Source: Nitrosopumilus sp. (GTDB lineage: Archaea > Thermoproteota > Nitrososphaeria > Nitrososphaerales > Nitrosopumilaceae). From it: a stretch of DNA of 64,000 nt. The position numbers and the translations under genes are program-made. The notes under the pieces are model-generated. The model did no database searches and was not told the DNA's origin. It saw only the letters and a list, made by a program, of their open reading frames with translations. Position 1 is the stretch's first letter. Each line of letters begins with the position of its first letter. The stretch lies in assembly GCA_965218785.1 (NCBI GenBank), contig OZ244650.1:1440001-1504000 (forward strand), in the 5' to 3' direction. Of this stretch, positions 1 to 10,665 are shown piece by piece.

Positions 1-211
1 GGCCCTTTTTTATCACGTCGCATGAATCAAGGGATGTAATGTGTCCCGTTACAGTCGCAGTCGCACCCTTTTGATGGAATTGTACAATTCCGCCAAACGC
101 CTCAATTAGCATGTAGGCAGATTCCGTCTTGCATTTGTAGGTGACACGACCAGTTTCTGTGTTGAAGAGCTGCGTGATGCCTCCGGGTTTTCTTGTTACA
201 ACAACGGTCAT
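1..211 (-). CDS. hypothetical protein, 5' part (runs off window edge)
   Basis: Manual translation from ATG at 211: MTVVVTRKPGGITQLFNTETGRVTYKCK..., open to position 1. Confidence 0.55.
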   Translation of the reverse strand, partial: MTVVVTRKPGGITQLFNTETGRVTYKCKTESAYMLIEAFGGIVQFHQKGATATVTGHITSLDSCDVIKKG

Positions 212-255
212 GAAATGATTTAAAACATCCGGTATTAATTATTTTAGAAGACCCA

Positions 256-774
256 TTATGCGGCAGGCTCTTCTGCCGCTGCGACAGACTCTGCTGCAAG
301 AATTTTGTCGATCTCATTTATTGCTAGTTTGTCCCGTCCAATCAGATCAAACTTTTGCAGGATCGTTTCAAATTTTGTCTCTTCTTGAACCTGTTCGTTT
401 ACAAACCATTCTAGGAATGCATATGTAGAGTGATCCCTTTCCTTTTGTGCGATATCTACCATCACGTGGATTGCCTGTGTCACTGCCTGCTCGCTTTTTA
501 GTGCAGTCTTGATTAATCCCTCAAGTGACTTGTATGAATCCGTAGGGGATTTGGTAGCTGGAATTGCCGCCCCGGCTCCCATGGCGTTTAGATAATGAAC
601 CACCTTGAGCATGTGGGCTCGTTCCTCGTCGGACTGGGCATAAAAATAGTCAGCCCCGCCCTGATAGCCCGTCATTTCACACCATGATGCCATTGCAAGA
701 TAGCTGCTCGAAGCTGTGGCCTCTAGTGCCACCTGGTCATTTAATGCCTTTGTCATTTTTGCAGAAAGTTTCAT
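256..774 (-). CDS. ftnA: non-heme ferritin
   Basis: LNDQVALE...YLAMASW, QSDEERAHM, FLEWFVNEQVQEE ferroxidase motifs; likely start MKLSAKM at 774. Confidence 0.9.
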   Translation of the reverse strand: MKLSAKMTKALNDQVALEATASSSYLAMASWCEMTGYQGGADYFYAQSDEERAHMLKVVHYLNAMGAGAAIPATKSPTDSYKSLEGLIKTALKSEQAVTQAIHVMVDIAQKERDHSTYAFLEWFVNEQVQEETKFETILQKFDLIGRDKLAINEIDKILAAESVAAAEEPAA

Positions 775-1166
775 GATTACAAGTAGAATCAGCTTATTAA
801 AAAGAATACCGCGAATCCCTATAAAACAGCATTCCTGCAATACTCAATCTTCATCAGGACGGAGGGCCGGGCGTCTTCTCAGGATGCCTTCCTGTGGCTG
901 GCCGGAAATTAAAGATTGTAATGACGGACGCTATAAGGAGGGATAAGACGGTTGTAAAACCATAGTTCCTCAAGATTGTTTTTGAATTCAAGGATTATTA
1001 ATGCCACCAACTCAATTACAAGCAGAAAGACGACGTAGAATGAAATTTCGTACGTATTTTTGCCTCATTTTTGGCAAGGATCAACCCGACTGTCCTGCCA
1101 ATCCACAGATCCGGCAGTCTGTAAAGCAAGATATCTTTTCATTTACGACGGGAATCCTTTTGAAAT

Positions 1167-1538
1167 CTAAACGGGGTTGACGTTCCAGGATTCATCAACC
1201 CAGACACCCACCACCTTTACACCCAGACCCCATGAGGAGATTACATCAACGCCCTTTCTGATAAATTCAATGTGTTCATCACTGGAGACAGGATTTGCCG
1301 CACAGTTATGATGTCCGGAGAAGACGATCAGCTCTGATCCGTGCGCATGAATTGATATTCTGGATTTGGCTTTGACCGAGTCAGATATCTGGTCCCTTGT
1401 GATGTTCTTATCCACGCCTGGTTCTGTGATTGCATCCACATAGTCAACAGAGTAGTTTTTCTTAATCCAGTCTGCTAGCGGAATCTGTATCCGTCCATCC
1501 ATGCATGAGACAGAGGTTGCAAATTTGTATTCAGACAT
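1167..1538 (-). CDS. putative beta-class-like carbonic anhydrase
   Basis: SCMDGR and GHHNC zinc-ligand motifs; start MSEYKF. Confidence 0.75.
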   Translation of the reverse strand: MSEYKFATSVSCMDGRIQIPLADWIKKNYSVDYVDAITEPGVDKNITRDQISDSVKAKSRISIHAHGSELIVFSGHHNCAANPVSSDEHIEFIRKGVDVISSWGLGVKVVGVWVDESWNVNPV

Positions 1539-1567
1539 GAATTGGGATGGTTCTCCTAGTTTAAAAA

Positions 1568-2122
1568 TTATTTTCGATGCAGAAAACACCCTGATGTATG
1601 GTCATTTACCATGCCTGTTGCCTGCATGAGTGCATAGCAGATTACGGGACCAACAAAGCTAAATCCGCGCTTTTTCAGATCCCGGCTCAGTTTTTCTGAA
1701 ATTTCAGTCGATGCAGGCAGGTCTGCAGGTCTTTTGAAGCTGTTTCTGATCGGTCTGTATCCTACGAATCCCCACAAATACTCATCAAACGAGCCAAACT
1801 CCTCCTGAATTTTGAGAAACTGCCTTGCGTTGTTTATGGCCGAGGTTATTTTGAGTCTGTTTCTAATAATGGAGTTGTTCTGGAGTAGTTTTTCTATGTG
1901 TTTCTGGGTATATCTTGAGACTCTTCTTGGATTAAAATCGGCAAAGGCAGTCCTGTAGCTGTCTCTTCGTTTGAGAATAGTAGTCCAGGAAAGACCGGCC
2001 TGTGCTCCTTCTAGTATCAGGAATTCAAAGAGTTTTTGATCGTCGTGTTGTGGACGTCCCCATTCATCATCATGATACGTGATGTTTGGCTCGTCCTTTG
2101 CCCACTGGCACCGTTTTTTCAT
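1568..2122 (-). CDS. tag: DNA-3-methyladenine glycosylase I
   Basis: RCQW, YHDDEWG, LEGAQAGLSW, IIRNRLKI, GMVNDH..C motifs. Confidence 0.93.
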   Translation of the reverse strand: MKKRCQWAKDEPNITYHDDEWGRPQHDDQKLFEFLILEGAQAGLSWTTILKRRDSYRTAFADFNPRRVSRYTQKHIEKLLQNNSIIRNRLKITSAINNARQFLKIQEEFGSFDEYLWGFVGYRPIRNSFKRPADLPASTEISEKLSRDLKKRGFSFVGPVICYALMQATGMVNDHTSGCFLHRK

Positions 2123-2172
2123 GGTTTGCATCTTGCAATACAAAATATTAACCATCAGGCATTACCAGGATT

Positions 2173-2598
2173 ATGAAGTCAAACCAGCATCTGCTGCAGA
2201 TTAACAGGAATTTTCTAATATGCTTTGTCGCATCAGCCTCGCTGTCGGCAATAGCAGCACAGCTGCTCTCTGATTACGAGAATTATGTAAACACGACAGT
2301 CACCATAGTTATCGGATATGTGGTTTATTTTGGAATTTTTTCATGTCTGTTTTACTGGAATAACAAGGAACGCTACAGGACCATGAGGGGTGATTCAATC
2401 AAAAAAGAGCTGCTGGCACTAGTCTCATCGTTTGGAATAGGGGAGGTAATATATCTCGGAATAAGATGGCCCACACTGTACTATTTTCTCGAAGCCGGAA
2501 CAGAGCCATACGTCGCATCGCTGGTCTCGGAGATCATTGCAACTGCATGCTACATGATGACAGTTACGATATTTCTCAGAAAGACAAAGACCTTCTAG
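2173..2598 (+). CDS. hypothetical membrane protein
   Basis: 141 aa, about 4 hydrophobic segments. Confidence 0.7.
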   Translation: MKSNQHLLQINRNFLICFVASASLSAIAAQLLSDYENYVNTTVTIVIGYVVYFGIFSCLFYWNNKERYRTMRGDSIKKELLALVSSFGIGEVIYLGIRWPTLYYFLEAGTEPYVASLVSEIIATACYMMTVTIFLRKTKTF

Positions 2599-2997
2599 CT
2601 ATTTTGCAAGCTGGTTGACCAGATCGGTGGATGTAATAATCCCGATGACGATGCCGTTGTCAGTTACGGCAAGCTTTCGGATTTTCTTTGTACTCATCAT
2701 TTCTGCTGCGGCAGATATCGGAGCATCGCCATGAATCGTGATTAACGGGGATGACATTATTTTTTCAACCGGGGTGTCAAATGGGAGGTTCTTTGTGGCG
2801 ATTTTTGTGGCAAAATCCCTGTCAGTGATTATGCCATTTGGGATCTTGTCTGCCTTTACAAGAATTGCACCTATTCCTCCCTGTTCCATCATCATTGCAA
2901 TTTGATGGGCAGTGGTAGCTGGGTTTACAGTGATCAGCGCCCTAGTCATTATATCCCGGACTAGAATAGACGGGGTGTTGAAATCTTCACGGCTCAT
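2599..2997 (-). CDS. CBS-domain protein
   Basis: Tandem CBS pair (VRDIMT, GIITDRD, VEKIMSSP, GIITSTD). Confidence 0.9.
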   Translation of the reverse strand: MSREDFNTPSILVRDIMTRALITVNPATTAHQIAMMMEQGGIGAILVKADKIPNGIITDRDFATKIATKNLPFDTPVEKIMSSPLITIHGDAPISAAAEMMSTKKIRKLAVTDNGIVIGIITSTDLVNQLAK

Positions 2998-3182
2998 TAC
3001 AGTAGTATCGAGTAATGATATTTAAGATATTCATGAAAAATTCAAGAGGCAGGCGAGTTGATGCCGTTTTGTGGGGAGATGCCACGCAGACGGGCATTTC
3101 ATCCTACGAGAATCTGCCATATTTGGCAGTGTCCAGACAGAACTTTTTTTGATGTGCTTTGCACAGATTCTATCTGAAATGA

Positions 3183-3398
3183 TCAGGTGGTGTTTCTTTT
3201 GGCATCGCCAATGCTTTGGACACGTCCGACCTGCCCGTCTTGCAGCCTGACCTTTATTCCGTGAGGGTGTGAATAACTTGAAGTCAGTATCTCACCTACA
3301 ATACCGTCTGTAAGGCTGCCGGTTCTTTGGTTCTCCTTGGTCACAATCAAGACAGAGTCGCCTTTTTTGATTTGCTCTCTGGTGGGTAGAATGGCCAT
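3183..3398 (-). CDS. YwbE-family (DUF2196) small protein
   Basis: KENQRTG.LT.G.V.EILTSS.SHPHGIKVRL.DGQVGRV signature. Confidence 0.85.
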   Translation of the reverse strand: MAILPTREQIKKGDSVLIVTKENQRTGSLTDGIVGEILTSSYSHPHGIKVRLQDGQVGRVQSIGDAKRNTT

Positions 3399-3432
3399 GG
3401 TTATTCAAGATGATTTTCAAATTTAAGTGATG
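3399..3432 (-). promoter_or_regulatory. putative TATA-containing promoter, duplicated at 8449-8482
   Basis: TTATTCAAGATGATTTTCAAATTTAAGTGATG occurs directly upstream of both YwbE-domain genes; TTAAAT lies about 25 nt before the ATG on the minus strand. Confidence 0.55.
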
Positions 3433-3537
3433 GTTGTTCCACGTGTCATGTAGACTGATGGTGTATGCCGATCTTTGTATGAAAAGTAGGTCCGTCCAAC
3501 CCTAAAAACACAAATGTTGGGAAATAACTAAAGTGAC

Positions 3538-4275
3538 ATGTCGTTAGAAAAAACATATTCGGAAATTAAAAAAACGATTGCAGGCGGTTTGGAATTTGAA
3601 TCATTCAAGGTAGTCAAATCAGTTGACGAACATCGGAATTTTTGGAAGCCAGATAAAGTCAGAGTGTTGCTATTAGCAGAATCTCACGTATTTACCAGGG
3701 ATTCAGAGCACGACAGTACTATGCAATATGACATATTCCCAAAATTAAGGAGTGCCCCCACAGGATATGTGAAACTAGTCTATTGTCTTGGTTATGGGGA
3801 AGGAAATATTGCAAATATTCCAGCTAACAGGGGAACGCCGCAATTCTGGAAGATTTTTGTTTCATGTTTAAATCAAGATTTTGATTCAAAAAAAAAGAAA
3901 ATTCTAATCTCACAAACACCAGAGTTTTGTCAACGAATACGCAACAAGATATCAGTTTTAGAGCAGTTAAGAGAAAAAGGCATTTGGTTATTGGATGCAA
4001 GCATAGTGGCACTATACAACGACACGAGAAAGCCAGAACCGGGCATGATGGAAAAGATAATCAGAATTTCTTGGAGACATTACATATCAAAGATAATTCA
4101 AGATGCAAACCCCGAAAAAATCATAGTAATTGGCAAGGGAGTACACAAGATTCTTCAAGGGGAGTTAAGGCAGACACGCGTTCCAATTCATGTCCAGTTA
4201 CAGCCACAGGGAATCAGAACAAAGACAGGAATGGTCAAAGCCGCTGAGAGATACTACAAACTATGCAATAAATGA
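3538..4275 (+). CDS. hypothetical protein, possible uracil-DNA-glycosylase-like fold
   Basis: KVRVLLLAESH, GIWLLDAS, PEKIIVIGK pattern resembles the UDG-like superfamily. Confidence 0.55.
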   Translation: MSLEKTYSEIKKTIAGGLEFESFKVVKSVDEHRNFWKPDKVRVLLLAESHVFTRDSEHDSTMQYDIFPKLRSAPTGYVKLVYCLGYGEGNIANIPANRGTPQFWKIFVSCLNQDFDSKKKKILISQTPEFCQRIRNKISVLEQLREKGIWLLDASIVALYNDTRKPEPGMMEKIIRISWRHYISKIIQDANPEKIIVIGKGVHKILQGELRQTRVPIHVQLQPQGIRTKTGMVKAAERYYKLCNK

Positions 4276-4348
4276 GATTGCCACATCAGATGAACCATTA
4301 GTAACCGTTTGGTTTTTTTATTTCATCAAACCTAAAAGGGTCTAGTCA

Positions 4349-5332
4349 TCATCTGTATTCCCCACCACAGTCCCCAAGGACATCAAAGAGGTCATTTGAT
4401 TTTGCAGTGACAGAGTCAATCAATGCCATATCTTGCACGTCTAGTTTTACATCAAAGACTTTGCCATTGTCATCTCTGTGTTCTGAAATCCCCAGCCTTG
4501 CACCAATAATCACCCCTGCAACCTGTGGTTTGTCCAAAACAAAGCGTGTTGCAACATTTGCAATACTGCAATTGTGTTTTTGTGCGGTGTCACTTAACAC
4601 GGCTAACAACTCTTGGAACAACTGCCATCCGCCCCACACGTCAATCATATTTTTGTATTTTTGCAGGCTGGATGTAGTTAATTCACCCCTGTGTGGTTCG
4701 TCAACTCCGATGTATCTCTCAGAGAAAAATCCCCCAAGCAGCGTCCCATAAGACAGGATCTTTATTCCGTGTCTTGCAAAAAATGGGGCCATTACTTTGT
4801 CTGGTCTTTGATCCAAAATAGAATACTGGACCTGGTTGGATATTAGATCATATCCCTGCTCTTTCATGATTTTTACTCGTTCTGTATCAAAGTTTGTCAG
4901 TCCAATGTGCCTGATTTTATTCTCTTTTTGTAATTTTGAGAGGTTATTTAATGCATCAAGATAACGCACGTCATTGTAATCCCACCAGTGAAACTGGAGC
5001 AGATCAATACTGTCTGTCTTCATTTTTTGCAATGACTGCTCGATATGATAAGTTACGATGCTGCTGCTCATAGGACCTGGGTTGGGGACAAACTTTGTCA
5101 GCGCTTGAAAGTTATCGTTACCTGTTTTTTCCCTAAATTCTCCAATTAATGATTCTGCAGGACCGTAAATGTCTGCCAGGTCCCACGTGGTAAGTCCGGA
5201 TTCCTGATATCGTTTCATATCAGATACGGCCGATTCTGAATCAATCAGACCGTGACCGCCTGCAACCTGCCACATTCCGTTAAGAACTCTGGAGATCTCC
5301 AAATCGCCAAGGAGTGTTTTCTCAACTGTCAT
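4349..5332 (-). CDS. aldo/keto reductase
   Basis: G.WQ, DLADIYG, IDLLQFHW, HIGLTNF, SNQVQYS motifs. Confidence 0.92.
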   Translation of the reverse strand: MTVEKTLLGDLEISRVLNGMWQVAGGHGLIDSESAVSDMKRYQESGLTTWDLADIYGPAESLIGEFREKTGNDNFQALTKFVPNPGPMSSSIVTYHIEQSLQKMKTDSIDLLQFHWWDYNDVRYLDALNNLSKLQKENKIRHIGLTNFDTERVKIMKEQGYDLISNQVQYSILDQRPDKVMAPFFARHGIKILSYGTLLGGFFSERYIGVDEPHRGELTTSSLQKYKNMIDVWGGWQLFQELLAVLSDTAQKHNCSIANVATRFVLDKPQVAGVIIGARLGISEHRDDNGKVFDVKLDVQDMALIDSVTAKSNDLFDVLGDCGGEYR

Positions 5333-5999
5333 ATGAGAACACGGTTTTTCCTTAGGATATAGTTTGCTAGGATACTAAGCAAGACATGCAGAGCTGGAAT
5401 ATTTTGGATATTATAAAAAATGTAGGGTTATTTGCAAATAACAAACATGCAGATCAATTCAGAGCAGATGAACCCCTACTCTAAATAATTTGAGGAAGAT
5501 AATGGCATTAAATGAGCCGTACCCACATGAGCCCAAGGATCGCTAACTGGATCAGCTACCCGTTAGCCCAAGGGATTCGAGTACGGATGATTAGGTTATG
5601 TCAAACCAGTATAATAAATTGTTGGGGTATCCCCCTGGATGCGATCGTTTTTGCAGCAGGTGAGATTGCAAATGCGGTAAAGTTCGTAAGGGAGAAAAAT
5701 GACGAGATTACAGACAGGGTGAATAGAGGGTAATTACGATACATGTCAACACCGGCATTTTCACACCATGAAACATTTCATCTGAGTACGGTTGACCTGA
5801 AAAAAAATCATACAATCAAATACAAGAGGATGCACGATGTGTTTTAATTGGTACAGGCAAGCCACTAAGAGTATATGGTTGATCCGAATGTAGATACTGA
5901 TGTTATCATCAGATCGGGTCATCTTTCTGATCAAAATATTCATCTTGAAGATGATAATCTATTTTATTCCTTTAAGCACATGATCTTAGTTTGTCAAAT

Positions 6000-6392
6000 T
6001 TATACTAAATCATTCATTGTATTTCTAAAAAGATTATCAATTACTTCAATAGTTATATCTGAAACTTTATAGATATTTTCATTTGTAAAATTTGAAAATT
6101 CATTTCTAGAGATTATTTTTATTTGATCTGCTTCAACTAGCGATAATGTAAATATAACATAACTATACCTGATATTGTCAATTACTAGATGCAAACCTGT
6201 CATGCCTGTACCATTATTCCATCCTGTATGAACAGATTCTATTTTGCCGCCAGAAAGACATCCTGATTTTTCCATAAACATTTGATAAATTTTTTGCGCT
6301 TGAATATGATTAGGATATTTTGATTCAGTTTCTTTCCTCTCGATATATTCATTAATTTTTTGTTTTAATTCTTCACAATTATCTTCCAACAT
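6000..6392 (-). CDS. hypothetical protein (AT-rich)
   Basis: 130 aa ORF with no recognised motif. Confidence 0.5.
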   Translation of the reverse strand: MLEDNCEELKQKINEYIERKETESKYPNHIQAQKIYQMFMEKSGCLSGGKIESVHTGWNNGTGMTGLHLVIDNIRYSYVIFTLSLVEADQIKIISRNEFSNFTNENIYKVSDITIEVIDNLFRNTMNDLV

Positions 6393-6561
6393 AATATCTT
6401 GTAACTTGTGGTATTTATTCTATTATTTGGCATGTTTTCAAATAGCAATATATCCTCTGACTTAATCTTATATTAGTAAATATTAGGAATTAAAAGTCAT
6501 GAACTACTATACATATTGCCATTAGTGTATAGATGAATATGGTCGACCTAGAAAATAATCA

Positions 6562-7515
6562 TCAAATCTTTCTTATTCGTTGAGATCTAGCTCCTGGTAT
6601 ATCAATTTTATATCTACCATCGCCCAATACCTCAAACCATTCCAACAACACCTGCACATTCCCAGCCAATTCTCGCCTACTTGGCACTGGAACATCTGTA
6701 CAATTATTCTGAATCCATTCCTTGATTCTTCCAAAGTACGCCTCTGGGGCTATAAACTCGTCAATCTTTTGGATAAACGGATGTACAAAAAACTTGATAG
6801 ACAGTTCCTGCAGAAATTCAGTCTCTGAAAGCCCTGTTGCAATCCCATAGTTTATCAGATCATAAAACACACATGCAGTAGTCTCAGGATTCTCCGAGGG
6901 ATTCTGACTAGAGCCAATTCTTTTGTATCCCAAAACCAGATCATCCACGCTACGGGTCATGGGTAATGCAGATATCAGAAAATTGTCACGTTTTGCCGCA
7001 GATACGATATCCTTCAAGTCAACCTGCTCTGGCGGTTTCACCTTGTTTGCCTCACTCCATTTTTCAAGCTCCTCATACATTACATCATCTACCAGTCTTG
7101 CTTCTTTTCGTATCTTCTCAAAATAGAATCGATCCTTGTTTGTCAGATATTCAATTAGTGTTGCTACCTCATAGTTGCCATCAGGTAAAAGCCCCCTATG
7201 TGAGATATTCCCGGTAGCAAGTATTGCACTGGCAAGACCCATGGAATACACCTTGAGATGCATGTCTTCACTCACATACAACGAAATATTCCGTTCCCTA
7301 CAGTACGGATACAGAGCAAGCTCAGATGATCCAAACTGGATGTCTCTTGGCTTCCATGTAGTGACTATTACAATTCTATTTTGTATATCTTTTAGTAATT
7401 TTTCCAACACCTTTGTCTTGACATACGGGACAAAAAGGAATATCGTCTCATCGGGATTATTCTCAAAGTATTTTCTGATGTGATCAAACAGAGGATTGTG
7501 ATAAATCTCGGTCAA
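6562..7515 (-). CDS. phospholipase-D-like (HxK) putative nuclease
   Basis: FVPYVK...MHLKVY...ILATGNIS..GL..GNYE matches a single PLD-nuclease half-site. Confidence 0.75.
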   Translation of the reverse strand: MTEIYHNPLFDHIRKYFENNPDETIFLFVPYVKTKVLEKLLKDIQNRIVIVTTWKPRDIQFGSSELALYPYCRERNISLYVSEDMHLKVYSMGLASAILATGNISHRGLLPDGNYEVATLIEYLTNKDRFYFEKIRKEARLVDDVMYEELEKWSEANKVKPPEQVDLKDIVSAAKRDNFLISALPMTRSVDDLVLGYKRIGSSQNPSENPETTACVFYDLINYGIATGLSETEFLQELSIKFFVHPFIQKIDEFIAPEAYFGRIKEWIQNNCTDVPVPSRRELAGNVQVLLEWFEVLGDGRYKIDIPGARSQRIRKI

Positions 7516-7521
7516 TTCAAT

Positions 7522-8448
7522 TCATCCATAATTTGGAAATCTTTCCTTTATGTATCTGAATTGATCCCTTCCGTCTAGTTTCTCTGCCCTAGGAGTGGGG
7601 CCTCTCACATAGAATGTCTTTTGTTTTGAGGAATGAACATAAAGTGGCTGCTTTGAGGGCAATATCTGGATAATACAAATGATCTTGTCATCGATGTTCT
7701 TGAATCCTATCTGCAATTTGCTTGTGATGAACACTTTATCCTCTAACATATCCCCAAGCCTGTTTCGCATATTATTTGCAAACGAATCATCATAGTCTAG
7801 AAACCCTCCGAATTTCTTGTCTTTGTCCAGTCCTGCAATTGTGCCATCGGACTTTATTCCCAGATACACAAATCCTCCCTTGTAATCATTTCCAAAAGAA
7901 CATACTGCCGTAGCAAATCTCTCTAGCACAGAACGCTTTATGCCGTCTAAGGTTTGTCTATTTTCATTGGATGGTAATTCAGATAATTTTTCATCGTACT
8001 GATAAAATTCTTTAAATTCGTTGTACTTGTTCTCATTCTTTGGTATCTCTTTTTTGTCCAAATCTATGAATCGGGGGGCAGCTGTTCCTTTCATCACTTT
8101 GATATTTTTGACTTCTGTTTTTTGGCTCCATTCCTGATGGTTTTTTCTTCTGGTTTCAACAGCTTTTTTAGCTATATTCGACAGCTCTTCTTTTGATTTA
8201 GTTCGTATACCTATTGATTTATCTGAAATGGATTCGGTGGTATTTCCTTGGGTATCTTCAATGCTTTTGACGCGTCCGATCTGACCGTCCTGCAACCTAA
8301 CCATTATTCCGTGAGGATGTGAGCTACTCGAGGTCAAGATCTCACCAACTATGCCGCTTGTAAGGTTTTCAGTTCCCTGATTCTCCTTGGTCTCAATTGA
8401 AACATAATTGCTTTTTTTGATTTGTTCTCTAGTGGGCAAAACAACCAT
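7522..8448 (-). CDS. YwbE-domain / Schlafen (AlbA_2) fusion protein
   Basis: N-terminal YwbE copy; C-terminal EN..NEFKE...AVCSFGN..GGFVYLGI.SDG.I.G...FYVR Schlafen/AlbA_2 pattern. Confidence 0.8.
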   Translation of the reverse strand: MVVLPTREQIKKSNYVSIETKENQGTENLTSGIVGEILTSSSSHPHGIMVRLQDGQIGRVKSIEDTQGNTTESISDKSIGIRTKSKEELSNIAKKAVETRRKNHQEWSQKTEVKNIKVMKGTAAPRFIDLDKKEIPKNENKYNEFKEFYQYDEKLSELPSNENRQTLDGIKRSVLERFATAVCSFGNDYKGGFVYLGIKSDGTIAGLDKDKKFGGFLDYDDSFANNMRNRLGDMLEDKVFITSKLQIGFKNIDDKIICIIQILPSKQPLYVHSSKQKTFYVRGPTPRAEKLDGRDQFRYIKERFPNYG

Positions 8449-8910
8449 GATTATTCAAGATGATTTTCAAATTTAAGTGATGATTAATTCCATATGATAA
8501 TCTAATTGTCACGTATTGTTTATTTAGTGTGTGAGAAATCTGAAAGAAACATTTTCTAGATGATTATCAGATCGTGAGATCTGCGTATTTTTTATCAACG
8601 CTGAAATCTGATTTTTGGAACTTTAAGAAAAATACGTGCAGATATAGATACGGTGGTAGATGGTCGATATGTCAAGATACTGATATGTCACATATACTAT
8701 TTAACAAAGCATGCTCGAGTAGGGTGATGTGTCAATTCATAACACATCAATTCATGGCAATTAGATCCTGCCATGCTTATAATGATAAATATTTTACATG
8801 TTTCAATATACACAGTAATAAGATCGTTTTATTTTCGCATACAAAACCCAATCAATGAAATGGGTGATTCTCATATACTATATTAATAGGTATTATAGGT
8901 ATTTGATCTT

Positions 8911-10665
8911 GTGAGTCAATACAATCAAGAATCCCGTGAATCAATATCTTCTGAATTAGCGGCAGGGGCGTTTGCTAAAGCCGGTTTCAAAATTGATTCT
9001 GCCATATGTGAAATCGTAGATAACGCAATAGAAGCAAATGCAAAAAACATCATCATAAGATTTGAATGGACTGAAAAATCCTACACTAAAATACGAAAAA
9101 GAGTGGAGAAATTTATTTTCATTGATGATGGTGAGGGTATGAATGATCGAATAATTTATGATTATTTCATAGCTGCAGAATCTACAAAAAAGAATAACAC
9201 ATCAGGTATTGGAAAATTTGGATTAGGTGCTTATATGTCATGTATAAGTCAGGCAAAATGTGGTGAAGTCTATTCAAAAACAGAAGGCGGTAAATGGATG
9301 TATACGATTTTAAGATTTGGTAAAAAAATCCCAAGACCAGTATTACGAGAACCACCAGAAGAATATAGAAGATATGATCACGGAACAATTGTGATCTGGT
9401 CGGATATAACAAATCCATCATTTAAAGACAAAGATATTGTGGATAAAGAAAAAAACCATCAAGATAATGATCAAGAAGAAGAAGAAGACACAGTAGATTA
9501 TGAACCAAAATTAATTGACGAGTTGGGAAGGATTTATAGAAAATTTATTGGGGATAAAAAAAGCGTACCAGCTAACGATGGCTCAAAGACAATTAATAAT
9601 GAAAATAAAATCAAAATAATTCTAGAATTAGAAGATGAAGATCCTATAGACGTCATGCCTTATGATCCACTGTTTATTTCATATGATCAAAATAATGATA
9701 AACCAAAAATTATTTCTCAACGTGTTAAACTAGATACAGGAGATCAAGTTGGCTGGATGGTAATTACATATTCCTATTATCCGGATAACTGGTTGTATGG
9801 ATATCGACCGGGATTATCACATGAGAATCGAATTATACGTAAAATTACTGAAAGAAATCAGGGAATATCTTTAGTTCGTGAAGGTAGAGAACTATATTTT
9901 GGAAATTGGCCAGGAGGACCAATAAAGATTTTAAATGCAAATCAAAGTCCCAGTAACAATCAACATTTTGATAAAGTAGACAGATGGACAGGAATTGAAA
10001 TTGAATTTACTAGAGAATCTGATGATATTTTTGGTGTAGAATTTAATAAAACACGAATACGAATGGAGCGTTTTGCTAGAAGAAAAATTTCTGAGGCCAT
10101 CAGTCCTACAATAATTAAACGACGAAATTATTTTAAAGAAATACGCGATAAGGAAAAAGCAAAAATAGGTGAAACTAAATCCCAAGGATCTGGAGGTACA
10201 TCACGAATACAACCCACAATCTCTACATCAAAACACGATGATGCTACCAAAAAACGTCTAAGGGAGTTTGCAGAAAGATACAAAGATGCTAGTGAAAAAA
10301 CAGAAGATGTATTCAACGATCTGTTGAAGGGTTTTCACATTAGTTTAAGTCATGATCTTGATTCCAAAGGACCTCTAATTTCGTACGAATCCGAAGCAGA
10401 TAGTGTGTTAGTAAAATACAACATGGCTCATTCATTTATACGTGATTTTTTTGAGATATTAGAAAAAATGGAAAACACCGAACAGGAAGACAATATGTTG
10501 AAGATTCGGGAACATTTTGACATATTGTTGGCATCATATGGTTTTGCAATAAAATCAATTCACGATACTACAAAACAACAAGACATTCAAACCACGATTG
10601 ACTATTTGATTTCAAATTGGGGAGTATCAGCTCGCAGATTATCTAACATGAAACCAGATGAGTGA
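8911..10665 (+). CDS. GHKL/MORC-like ATPase (HATPase_c_3)
   Basis: EIVDNAIEA, DDGEGM, GKFGLG, HGTIVIW Bergerat-fold motifs; GTG start. Confidence 0.88.
   Translation: MSQYNQESRESISSELAAGAFAKAGFKIDSAICEIVDNAIEANAKNIIIRFEWTEKSYTKIRKRVEKFIFIDDGEGMNDRIIYDYFIAAESTKKNNTSGIGKFGLGAYMSCISQAKCGEVYSKTEGGKWMYTILRFGKKIPRPVLREPPEEYRRYDHGTIVIWSDITNPSFKDKDIVDKEKNHQDNDQEEEEDTVDYEPKLIDELGRIYRKFIGDKKSVPANDGSKTINNENKIKIILELEDEDPIDVMPYDPLFISYDQNNDKPKIISQRVKLDTGDQVGWMVITYSYYPDNWLYGYRPGLSHENRIIRKITERNQGISLVREGRELYFGNWPGGPIKILNANQSPSNNQHFDKVDRWTGIEIEFTRESDDIFGVEFNKTRIRMERFARRKISEAISPTIIKRRNYFKEIRDKEKAKIGETKSQGSGGTSRIQPTISTSKHDDATKKRLREFAERYKDASEKTEDVFNDLLKGFHISLSHDLDSKGPLISYESEADSVLVKYNMAHSFIRDFFEILEKMENTEQEDNMLKIREHFDILLASYGFAIKSIHDTTKQQDIQTTIDYLISNWGVSARRLSNMKPDE

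Noticed and set aside
5400-5990. Short ORFs 5512-5733, 5761-5943 and 5875-6072, and a possible left island boundary
   Set aside because: No recognisable motifs and no att-like sequence seen; probably decayed DNA
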